Of a DNA stretch of 64,000 nucleotides, positions 51,557-59,111 are shown piece after piece. Source of the stretch: a bacterium (lineage in GTDB: Bacteria; UBA8248); contig OZ253442.1 of assembly GCA_965261085.1 (NCBI GenBank), positions 2,624,001 to 2,688,000 of the forward strand, written 5' to 3'. The notes under the pieces are model-generated. The model saw nothing but the letters and a program-made list of their open reading frames with translations, ran no database searches and was not told the DNA's origin. Position numbers and translations under genes: made by a program. The first letter of the stretch is position 1, and each line of letters begins with the position of its first letter.

Positions 51557-51809
51557 GTTTAGTCCTCTGTTCGGGAGCCGCGCCGTCTGCGAGAGCAAGC
51601 CATTGGCGCAGCGTCTAAGACAAGCCGTTATTCAAGGTCTCGTTGCATAGCGGATAGTATCCGCTCGCTCGTGCGGGCGCAATCGGGAGTCGTGTTGGCG
51701 GCCCGGCAGGAGAAGCAACCCGCCGAACGGGAGAATGGATGCGCCAGGGGTGAAGGTCTTCGGTTCATGCAAATGCGGGCAAATGCGGGGACTGAATAAA
51801 TTATTTAAT

Positions 51810-51934
51810 TCGATAAATTTCGATAATTATATAATAATCTACTTTATATTATTCCATTAACTACATGATATAATGTATATTAACGATGTAGTTTGTAGCG
51901 TGAACCTTTTCATCAATTTATCGATATTTATCGA
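51810..51934. repeat. AT-rich islet bounded by inward-facing pairs of TCGATAAAT repeats
   Basis: TCGATAAAT/TCGATAATT at 51810 and 51820; ATTTATCGA at 51916 and 51926. Confidence 0.7.
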
Positions 51935-52206
51935 ATTTTTCAGTAATTCCAAATCCGCTCCGCTCATCTCCAGTACGACAGATTTCATGCTTTCAGCCCT
52001 CCATCCGCATCACGGGAGTCCCGAAGATTTCCGCGCGCAGCCTCCTAGCCTTCACGGAGGGGCGTTTGGAGAATAACGCAGGGGCGGTGGAGAGAATCCC
52101 CGTAAATGCGGGGAAATGCCTTCTCCGGCACGGGTGCGGAGGTCAATTCCGACTAAGGCGAGAGAAAATTGCCGACCGAGGAGAGACGGTCGATTCCGAC
52201 CAAGGC

Positions 52207-52420
52207 GGGGCTGTTGAAAAACCCCTCGTCGGGCGCATGGCCTTTACCCCCCTGACAAGGGGGGCCAGGGGGGTTGGTTTCCAGCCGAGGGAGGGCGAGC
52301 GGGACGGGTAAATTACTATTCCCTCCGACTCCCCCCCATCCTTCCTTGCCATGAACGCTCCCTCCCCGGTCGCGTTCGACCCCCAACCCCCCTTGTCAGG
52401 GGGGCTTTTTCGACAACCCC
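52207..52420. mobile_element. Putative MITE (~214 bp) with imperfect terminal inverted repeats and a target-site duplication
   Basis: Left end GGGGCTGTTGAAAAACCCC; right end (reverse complement) GGGGTTGTCGAAAAAGCCCC. Flanked by AAGGC on both sides. Internal inverted CCCCCCTGACAAGGGGGG pair. Confidence 0.7.
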
Positions 52421-52482
52421 AAGGCGGGATGAATTGACGACTGTGGTGGAGGGTTTGAACGGCCGGGGAGGTGAAGAAACCC

Positions 52483-52720
52483 GTAGTGACAGCCCCTGCC
52501 CGGGGCTGTCCCACAGACCTGCGTGTCCGCGCCCGAATTTGTTCGACATAGCTGCTTCAAACCCGTCCAGTGAGGGATGAAGCCTTCGTAGGGACAGGTC
52601 GCGACCTGTCCCTGTTCCATATCCCAAGCACAGGTTCCTTAGGGACCGACCGGCGTGTCGGTCTGCTTCCCGGAATTTCGGGAGAAGGCGCAGGTGGCGG
52701 ACATATATGTCTGGCCCTAC
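52483..52720. repeat. Cluster of GTAG-type REP-like palindromes
   Basis: GTAGTGACAGCCCC..GGGGCTGTC (52483), GTAGGGACAGGTCGCGACCTGTCCCT (52588), TAGGGACCGAC..GTCGGTC (52640), and inverted GGCGGACATATATGTCTGGCCCTAC (52696-52720). Confidence 0.7.
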
Positions 52721-52774
52721 GAACAAACCCTCCCTCATCGGTCGCAGCCTCTCCTCCATCAATCGAGGTTGATT

Positions 52775-53102
52775 TTATTCGTGATAAATCGCCACGGCGC
52801 GCACGGGAGAGCCGGTGCCCTCGCGTATCTTGAGCGGCAGGCAGGAGAAGATGAACTTCGTGTTCACCACTTCTTTCAAATTCGCCAGGTTCTCCACGTT
52901 CAGGACCTTCCGCTCCCGGCACGCCTTATGCGCCCAGTAGCCCTTGTCCGTAAACGCATGGGAGGAATCCACGCTCGGCGAATCGATGCCGACGTTGATG
53001 CAGCCCTTATCCGCCAGCCACGTCATGGCCGCCTCGCTTAAGCCCGGATACGTATAGAGCCAGGTATGAAAATCCCCGCCGTAGTTCGCTTCGTAGTGGC
53101 CC
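52775..53102 (-). pseudogene. Duplicated 3' 328 bp of the cyclase gene (direct repeat of 55283-55610)
   Basis: Base-by-base comparison gives 7 mismatches in 328 bp; the 5' half of the gene is absent. Confidence 0.95.
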
Positions 53103-53177
53103 CTGCCGAGGTGCACGGGTGATCTTCGCGACAAATATCATTCTGGGGGGATGACTCCAACTCTCATATTTTCTTGG

Positions 53178-54965
53178 TTATCCGTTCTCTTCATTCTCTC
53201 CGTGGATTTCCCATCCAAACTCTGAGAACTTGTCAAGCGCCTCCTCATTAGGAAAAAGAACAAGTCTTGTATCTTCTCCTCCATAATCCCATACGACCTC
53301 CTCACCTTTGCAAAGGACATAAGCATATGTACCAAGTGGTCCTACTAGCAGTTGCCCATCCGCTTTTGACTTGGGCGAAGGTATGAGTGAAATAGAAATG
53401 AAACGATCTTGTACTATGTTTATCTCATCCACAATATTTCCGTAATGTGCGTGTAGATTTCTCAGAGCCCACAAACTGTGCCACGCTGCACTGGTGACTT
53501 CAACGTTTTTATTGCCATCCGGGTCAACGATTTTCTCAAACAACTGAGACACAGCATCACGTAACTCCACGTTATCCGAAAAATCTACACCGCTCTGTCT
53601 CGCAGCCTCGAAAACACTCTTGGCTAAATGTCTATCTTCTATAGAGAAGAAGCCTTCAGAGTCTTCGACATCTTTGACATATCCAACTTTAGTGGTTTCT
53701 CCTTTCGCTGTCTCAACAATGACACCTTCTATTTCGAGTTCTTGATTTCGTCTCTCGGTGAAATTCGCTACATTGCGCTTTTCTCCAATGGGTACATCCG
53801 GCATCAACTCACTGCTGATGACGGATTCAGATGTTAAAGAGACAACCACCTCCCGCGTCTCTACTTCCCGTTGCTTTACATGTTCGTTGATTGTCAATGT
53901 TCTCGTGTGGGTTTCGACTGTTCGTTTAGTCTTGTTTTCCCTCTGTGAATACTTTTTCGGCTCTACTTTGAACGACTTGTCATTTTGTCGACCCATTGCA
54001 CCCGGTTTGACGCGCACCTCACTCCTGCCCCCTACTGGAAATAGGGAATCTCTCATCATGCCCGATACCCGCAGGTCGATGTGCTGATTTGTAGGATCAT
54101 CGTTGCCTACCATTATAAACCTATATTCTCGTTGCTCCTCGTATTGCCTGTCTTTGACAAAGAGCGGATAGACATAGGCAAGATCCACATGTTTGTAAGC
54201 ATTCAAGAATCCGTAAACGTCATCCGTGTAAAAAACGGGGCCGTGAAACACTAGTTGGAAATCATGAAGAGTTATGAGCGGGTCTATGTCCTTCGAGCCA
54301 TGGGTCAAAGTGCCGTCTATACTTTTTGGTCCAATCTGGTCCATAAACATGAGTCCCAAGGCTTGCGCAAACTTGCTCGGTTGGTGGATCGTCGTGTAGT
54401 CGTTATAAGAACTCGGCAAAGATCGGTGTAGCTTTTCCCATTCATCCTTCGTTGTTGGTTGTATCGCCGCACAAAAAATCCACGAACCACCACCGTAGGT
54501 CAGGGTATTTGCCTGATGTTTTGATGTGGAATGGGTTGGGCTACTCAACTTAACATTGCTTATACCAAGCTGGCGCAACGCCTGCTCCTGTTCTTCACTT
54601 TCCCTCGTAAAGTCATTGCTACGAACCTTTTCTTCTCGCCTTTGGGCACCACCCTCTTGATGATCCTTGAGCATGGCTTCTCCCACATTTCGAAATCTAT
54701 GGGGAGTGGATATGCGTATGGTATCGTTGTGGGCGAGGCTGTAAGCAGATTCTGTACCCTTCACAAGAGTGTTTCGTTGTCGCTCTTTCTTCGAGCCACT
54801 AATGTCAACATATTGGACCAATAAAAGATGGCCCCCGTCCGTCGCTATTTGCCCATCGGCCATGACGAGAGGCTTCTTAGTGCTTCTTTGTTCGGAGTGC
54901 TCGGTATGTTGAGACCCCTGTCCGGATAATGGTGTTTGCTTTGTCATGTTCTTGGTCCTATTCAC
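53178..54965 (-). CDS. Hypothetical 595-aa low-GC protein, N-terminal half possibly DUF2971-like
   Basis: Long ORF with foreign composition; motif GPVFY...LFVKDRQYEEQREYRF. Start position uncertain. Confidence 0.75.
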   Translation of the reverse strand: MNRTKNMTKQTPLSGQGSQHTEHSEQRSTKKPLVMADGQIATDGGHLLLVQYVDISGSKKERQRNTLVKGTESAYSLAHNDTIRISTPHRFRNVGEAMLKDHQEGGAQRREEKVRSNDFTRESEEQEQALRQLGISNVKLSSPTHSTSKHQANTLTYGGGSWIFCAAIQPTTKDEWEKLHRSLPSSYNDYTTIHQPSKFAQALGLMFMDQIGPKSIDGTLTHGSKDIDPLITLHDFQLVFHGPVFYTDDVYGFLNAYKHVDLAYVYPLFVKDRQYEEQREYRFIMVGNDDPTNQHIDLRVSGMMRDSLFPVGGRSEVRVKPGAMGRQNDKSFKVEPKKYSQRENKTKRTVETHTRTLTINEHVKQREVETREVVVSLTSESVISSELMPDVPIGEKRNVANFTERRNQELEIEGVIVETAKGETTKVGYVKDVEDSEGFFSIEDRHLAKSVFEAARQSGVDFSDNVELRDAVSQLFEKIVDPDGNKNVEVTSAAWHSLWALRNLHAHYGNIVDEINIVQDRFISISLIPSPKSKADGQLLVGPLGTYAYVLCKGEEVVWDYGGEDTRLVLFPNEEALDKFSEFGWEIHGENEENG

Positions 54966-55282
54966 CTTATCTATGCCATCCGGCAGTCCGGCTCGTACAC
55001 AGCCGTCGTCTATGGTTTACTAGTCGTATTGTAGGACTGGCTATGAGGTTCCAGGCGGTCTTTTGGCCGCAATCGTCACAACGAAACTAACTCTTAGAGC
55101 TAATTGCGAGGCTTGCACCATCAGCATTGGTAGCCTATCAGATCATGTCTTATGCCTGCTAGGAAACATGGCAAAATAACCGACATGACGCGGCCTACGA
55201 TGTCTGTCACTCATGTGCTCGCCTGCGTCTTTTCTTGAATTTCAGAGGATAATGGCGGCTTGGGAATTTCTCAGGCCGGCCG

Positions 55283-55999
55283 CTATTCGTGATAAATCGC
55301 CACGGCGCGCACGGGGGAGCCTGTGCCCTCGCGTATCTTGAGCGGCAGGCAGGAGAAGATGAACTTCGTGTTCACCACTTCTTTCAAATTCGCCAGGTTC
55401 TCCACGTTCAGGACCTTCCGCTCCCGGCACGCCTTATGCGCCCAATAGCCCTTGTCCGTAAACGCCTGTGAGGAATCCACGCTCGGCGAATCGATGCCGA
55501 CGTTGATGCAGCCCTTATCCGCCAGCCACGTCATGGCCGCCTCGCTTAAGCCCGGATACGTATAGAGCCAGGTATGAAAATCCCCGCCGTAGTTCGCCTC
55601 GTAGTGGCCCGTCCAGATGAGTACGGTACCTTTTTCGGGCACGTCCAGGCCCGCCTTCGCGCACGCTTCTTCGAGGTCCGCAGGCTCCATCCAGTCTTCG
55701 GTGCTGCAAAAGCGGGATAAATCGAGGCAAATCGCCTCCGTGTAGAACCACGAGAGGTCCAGTTGGTCGATCGTCTCCCCGTCCTTGTCGATGTGGTAAA
55801 AGGCGTCCACGTGGGTGGGGCCGTGGTCGCTCATGATGAGGCAGTTCGTCGTCGAGGTATGGCCCGAGGGCGAATTCGCATACGCCTTGGCCGTCTCCGC
55901 GTGCGTCTTGTTGGGGAAAACCCCCGTCCTCTGATTCCCGGGATAAACGGGCATGCCGTCAAAAATCTCCTGCGATAAATCCACGATACGAAATCCCAT
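55283..55999 (-). CDS. Cyclase family protein (kynurenine formamidase-like metal hydrolase)
   Basis: DLSQEI, HGPTHVDAFYH (HxGTHxDxPxH-like), GIDSPSVD, ENLANL, GSPVRAVA. Confidence 0.93.
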   Translation of the reverse strand: MGFRIVDLSQEIFDGMPVYPGNQRTGVFPNKTHAETAKAYANSPSGHTSTTNCLIMSDHGPTHVDAFYHIDKDGETIDQLDLSWFYTEAICLDLSRFCSTEDWMEPADLEEACAKAGLDVPEKGTVLIWTGHYEANYGGDFHTWLYTYPGLSEAAMTWLADKGCINVGIDSPSVDSSQAFTDKGYWAHKACRERKVLNVENLANLKEVVNTKFIFSCLPLKIREGTGSPVRAVAIYHE

Positions 56000-56193
56000 G
56001 TCTGTACTCTCCGTTTTGTCTATTAGTGGTTACTCGAAAAAGTATATTGCCTGTGGCAATGTTATCCGCTGGGAATTACAAGGGAAAGTTGAAAAGCTCT
56101 TTAGCTTTTCGGTCAAGGTGTCCTTTTTATTCTTTTTGTCAAATTCGGGCTTTCGCAGGGAATGCCACAAATATCCTTGGCGAGAATTGCAGT

Positions 56194-56448
56194 TTACTTG
56201 ATAGAAATTGAAATATTAGCGAATTTCAATACCATTTGAATTGCAATCAACAAGACAAACATAGCCGTTCCCCAGCCCATGGCCTTGCTAATCTTGTTTT
56301 CAACGTTACGCAAGCGTTCGTCTAATTTATCAATCCTCCCATCAAGTTGATTGATGCCATGCATAATCCAACTCGATTCATTCGGAGGTGGGGTTGATGG
56401 TTGCCTAGGCCCAATATCTTCCGGGCTTGCGTGATCCTTATTTTCCAT
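56194..56448 (-). CDS. Small coiled-coil protein with C-terminal TM helix (probable IS passenger)
   Basis: Heptads INQLDGRIDKLDERLRNVENKI then a hydrophobic helix. Overlaps the upstream gene; AT-rich. Confidence 0.7.
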   Translation of the reverse strand: MENKDHASPEDIGPRQPSTPPPNESSWIMHGINQLDGRIDKLDERLRNVENKISKAMGWGTAMFVLLIAIQMVLKFANISISIK

Positions 56449-56719
56449 TAGCACTTAATTTAACGCTAATCCACTCCCAAACTTCCGAGTTATAGCGTCC
56501 CCAAAAAGTAGTTACAGGAACAACGATTCCTGAGGTTGCAGGTTCTTCATCCCCAAGGCCGATATTTGAGGCTAGTTGTCGGGTAGTCTCTCCCTCTGTT
56601 GCGATAAAAAAAGTACGATCATCATCATAATATCTGCCACTATAGCGTTGTTCGAGTTTGCTTTTTACTAGTGATGGGTCAGAGATGTTAAAGGCTACGA
56701 ATACCTGCATCCTCACCAT
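56438..56719 (-). CDS. Small alpha/beta hypothetical protein (probable IS passenger)
   Basis: AAGGGAG RBS; C-terminal GIVVPV..FWGR....VWEW motif; AT-rich. Confidence 0.7.
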   Translation of the reverse strand: MVRMQVFVAFNISDPSLVKSKLEQRYSGRYYDDDRTFFIATEGETTRQLASNIGLGDEEPATSGIVVPVTTFWGRYNSEVWEWISVKLSANGK

Positions 56720-56770
56720 CTCCCTTTCGCGGTCTAGTGATTCAGTAAAATGAATATCCCACAGCCTGGT

Positions 56771-57112
56771 CTAAGCGGTCAATTAGGCGAAGGTGGTTTT
56801 CTTTCCACCATAGCTTGGAAGAAAGATAGAACTCGATCTTTGGTATCAATCTCGCAGTTTGTCCTCTTTCAGGCGGACGTTGAATTCATCACATAGGCGC
56901 GGGTGTGTTGCAACTCCAATTTTGATAGCCGTCGGTGTATCCACGCTTTAATTCAGCACAGACTCTTTCAACTCCATTTGTCTGAGTCATGCCATTGGCA
57001 AACTTTTTGGCGGATTACTTGACACTTTGATGCTTACACTCACCCACGCAAGCGTAGTCTCTGTTTCCACCTATATACAGTGCAGCACGAGGCCCAATAT
57101 TTTCCCGCAGAT
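56771..57112 (-). pseudogene. Decayed IS1595-family transposase C-terminal remnant
   Basis: Across stops and frameshifts it reads ENIGPRAALY..KHQSVK*SAKKFANGMTQTNGVERVCAELKRGY...NWS..HTRAYV.EFNVRL...DTKDR...AMV..TFA*LTA*. This resembles the IS1595 HS..EY..G.HTN.IE..W..LKR...YL.EF..R.N signature. Confidence 0.8.
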
Positions 57113-57127
57113 ATTTTCCACCACCCC

Positions 57128-57898
57128 CTACCCTTCCCTCTCCCACATTCGCCACCGCACGATAATCGCCCCGAACACGACGATGAGCAGCGCGCTTGCG
57201 AGATGGGCGGCGCGAAACGGGCCGAACCACAGGCTGTCCGCGCGGAAGCCGCTCACCGCGGCGCGGCCGAGGGAATAGAGAACGAAGTAGAGGCAGAAGA
57301 TGAAGCCGGGCTTGTGATTCGTGAAGCGCAGACGTCTTAAGATGAAAAACCACGCGAGGTTCAGGAGAAGCTCGTATATCATCACGGGGTGCGTCGCCTG
57401 TCCGGGGAATTCCCTGCCCGCGATTGAGGTCATGGGAAACTCCACCCCCCAGGGCATCGTCGTCGGCACGCCGTGCGCATCGCCGTTCATGAAATTTCCG
57501 AAACGCCCGAAAACCTGGCCGAGAATGATGGCGGGCGCAACCGCGTCGGCGAATTCCCAGGTGGAAACGGGGCGCTTTTTTATATAGAGGTATCCGGCCA
57601 GCGCCCCGCCGATGAGGCCGCCGTGTATGGCGAGGCCGCCGCGCCAGATGGCGAAGACCTCCCACTGGGCGCCCCGGTAGAATTCCCAGTTGAACAGGAC
57701 GTAATAGATTCTTCCGCCCAGGATGCCTGCGAACATGACGAGGAGGCCGAAGTTCATCACCTCATCAGGCGTAATGGGCATCCCCTTGCGCTCCGCTTCT
57801 TTCCTCACCAGCCATGCGCCGACGAGAACGGCGGTGACGTACATGAGTCCGTACCAGCGCAGCGCGAACGGTCCAATTTCGAATATGACGGGGCTCAA
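57128..57898 (-). CDS. lgt: Prolipoprotein diacylglyceryl transferase
   Basis: RWYGLMY, GGRIYYV, GGLAIHGG, GRFGNFMN, HP..IYE. Confidence 0.96.
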   Translation of the reverse strand: MSPVIFEIGPFALRWYGLMYVTAVLVGAWLVRKEAERKGMPITPDEVMNFGLLVMFAGILGGRIYYVLFNWEFYRGAQWEVFAIWRGGLAIHGGLIGGALAGYLYIKKRPVSTWEFADAVAPAIILGQVFGRFGNFMNGDAHGVPTTMPWGVEFPMTSIAGREFPGQATHPVMIYELLLNLAWFFILRRLRFTNHKPGFIFCLYFVLYSLGRAAVSGFRADSLWFGPFRAAHLASALLIVVFGAIIVRWRMWEREG

Positions 57899-57991
57899 AT
57901 TTCCAGTTCCTCACCAGCGGGCGACGCGCAATCTATCTGCGCTATTGACGTTGAAAGACGCAGCTTGATTCCGGCTCGGGTACCCTGCCGA

Positions 57992-59074
57992 TTATTTCGT
58001 ATGGCGATAAATTTGGCTTTTTGGATAGTAATCCTTCCAACCGAACCAGAACGCGAGCGTAGTGGAAAGCTGATTCAATCTGGCGCCCTTCATCGGCCCA
58101 TCCACGGCCAGGCCGGTCAGGCGCTGCCAGCGCGAGCCCGTTTTTTTGTCCTTCATGAACCTACAGGCGGCGGCGCCTTTTGCGCCACTGCTCGTCGTGA
58201 GCTCGAACTCCAGCGTTTCGCCCCCTAAAACGCGGTCAAAAACGACGCCCGTAGCAGCACCCTCGCAGTAAGTGACCAGAACGTCACGTCCGGCGAAGCG
58301 GTCGTTCACGACGCCCGCGCGGTTCAGGTCGGCGAACGGGTAGGCTTTTGCGATTTGCTTCCCTTTCTCTTTTGGGGAATCCAGCGCGAGGGCGACGACC
58401 AGGGTTTTCGGGTGTAAGCGGTTGTCGCGATATTTTTCGGGGATCACGCCCGTCTGCGAACTGTAGTAATAGCCCTCGTAAGGGTCCCGGGAGGAGCTGC
58501 GGAGCATGCCGCTCATTCCCCTGCCCTCTTTTTTGAGCACCAGGGTATCGGGGTAGAGCTGCGTCCATTCGGAATAGCGCATCATGGCGGCGGGGAACGT
58601 CTTGAGCCGCTTGCCCTTTAAGGGGCCGATAACGGCCTCGCCTGTCAGGTGGCTCCAGAGCGAATCCGTCTGGCGGTCGTACATGATGAGCACGTTCTTC
58701 CAGAGTTTTCCCGAAACGCCGAAGCTGAGTTTTTTGCCGTCCAGGTTACGGTCATACACGATGGCCGAATAGCAAAGCGGTCACCACGTCACGGAGACGG
58801 CGCTCCCTCCCACGACGTCGTTCACGATTTCATGCGAGCTGAGCAGGGGAACCGAATAGGCCCGCTTGTCCCCTTTGATGTTGATGCCGATGACCATTTC
58901 ATCGGGCTGCATGAACCCCTCGGCATCTTTCACGCTCGCGTATTTGGGCGCATCGATGGAGGGGATGCCGTCTTTCGGCAGCAGGGTGCGAATCTCGGTT
59001 TCGGGGCCTGCGGCGGAAAGAACCGGAAAGGCAAGAACCAGTAAGGCAACAAGAATGCTTCTCATCCGCGGCAT
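57992..59074 (-). CDS. DUF3179 family exported protein with in-frame UGA (probable selenocysteine, UxxC)
   Basis: The two track ORFs are one frame joined by TGA at 58781-58783: ...HEIVND..VSVTW-U-PLCYSAIVYDR..FGVSGKL..MYDRQTDSLWS. Signal peptide; GAGGAG RBS. Confidence 0.88.
58749..58767 (-). promoter_or_regulatory. Candidate bacterial SECIS hairpin
   Basis: mRNA CGGCCAU-cgugu-AUGACCG starts 13 nt after the UGA; the G-containing loop is about 20 nt downstream. Confidence 0.55.
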
Positions 59075-59111
59075 GAAAGCGCCCTCCTCTGGCGGCCTAG
59101 ACCCATTGGGG

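Noticed and set aside
51863-51890. dif site (ATAA-TGTATA-TTA core)
   Set aside because: Only the centre matches; the XerD arm TTATGTTAAAT is absent.
52141-52720. CRISPR array
   Set aside because: Repeats differ in sequence and spacing, there are no 30-40 bp unique spacers between identical repeats, and there is no cas operon.
54966-55282. Integron attC site within the islet
   Set aside because: No convincing RYYYAAC...GTTRRRY pair with internal symmetry, and no integron integrase.
52775-55610. Diversity-generating retroelement TR/VR pair
   Set aside because: Mismatches are not adenine-specific and are nearly all synonymous; no reverse transcriptase is in the window.
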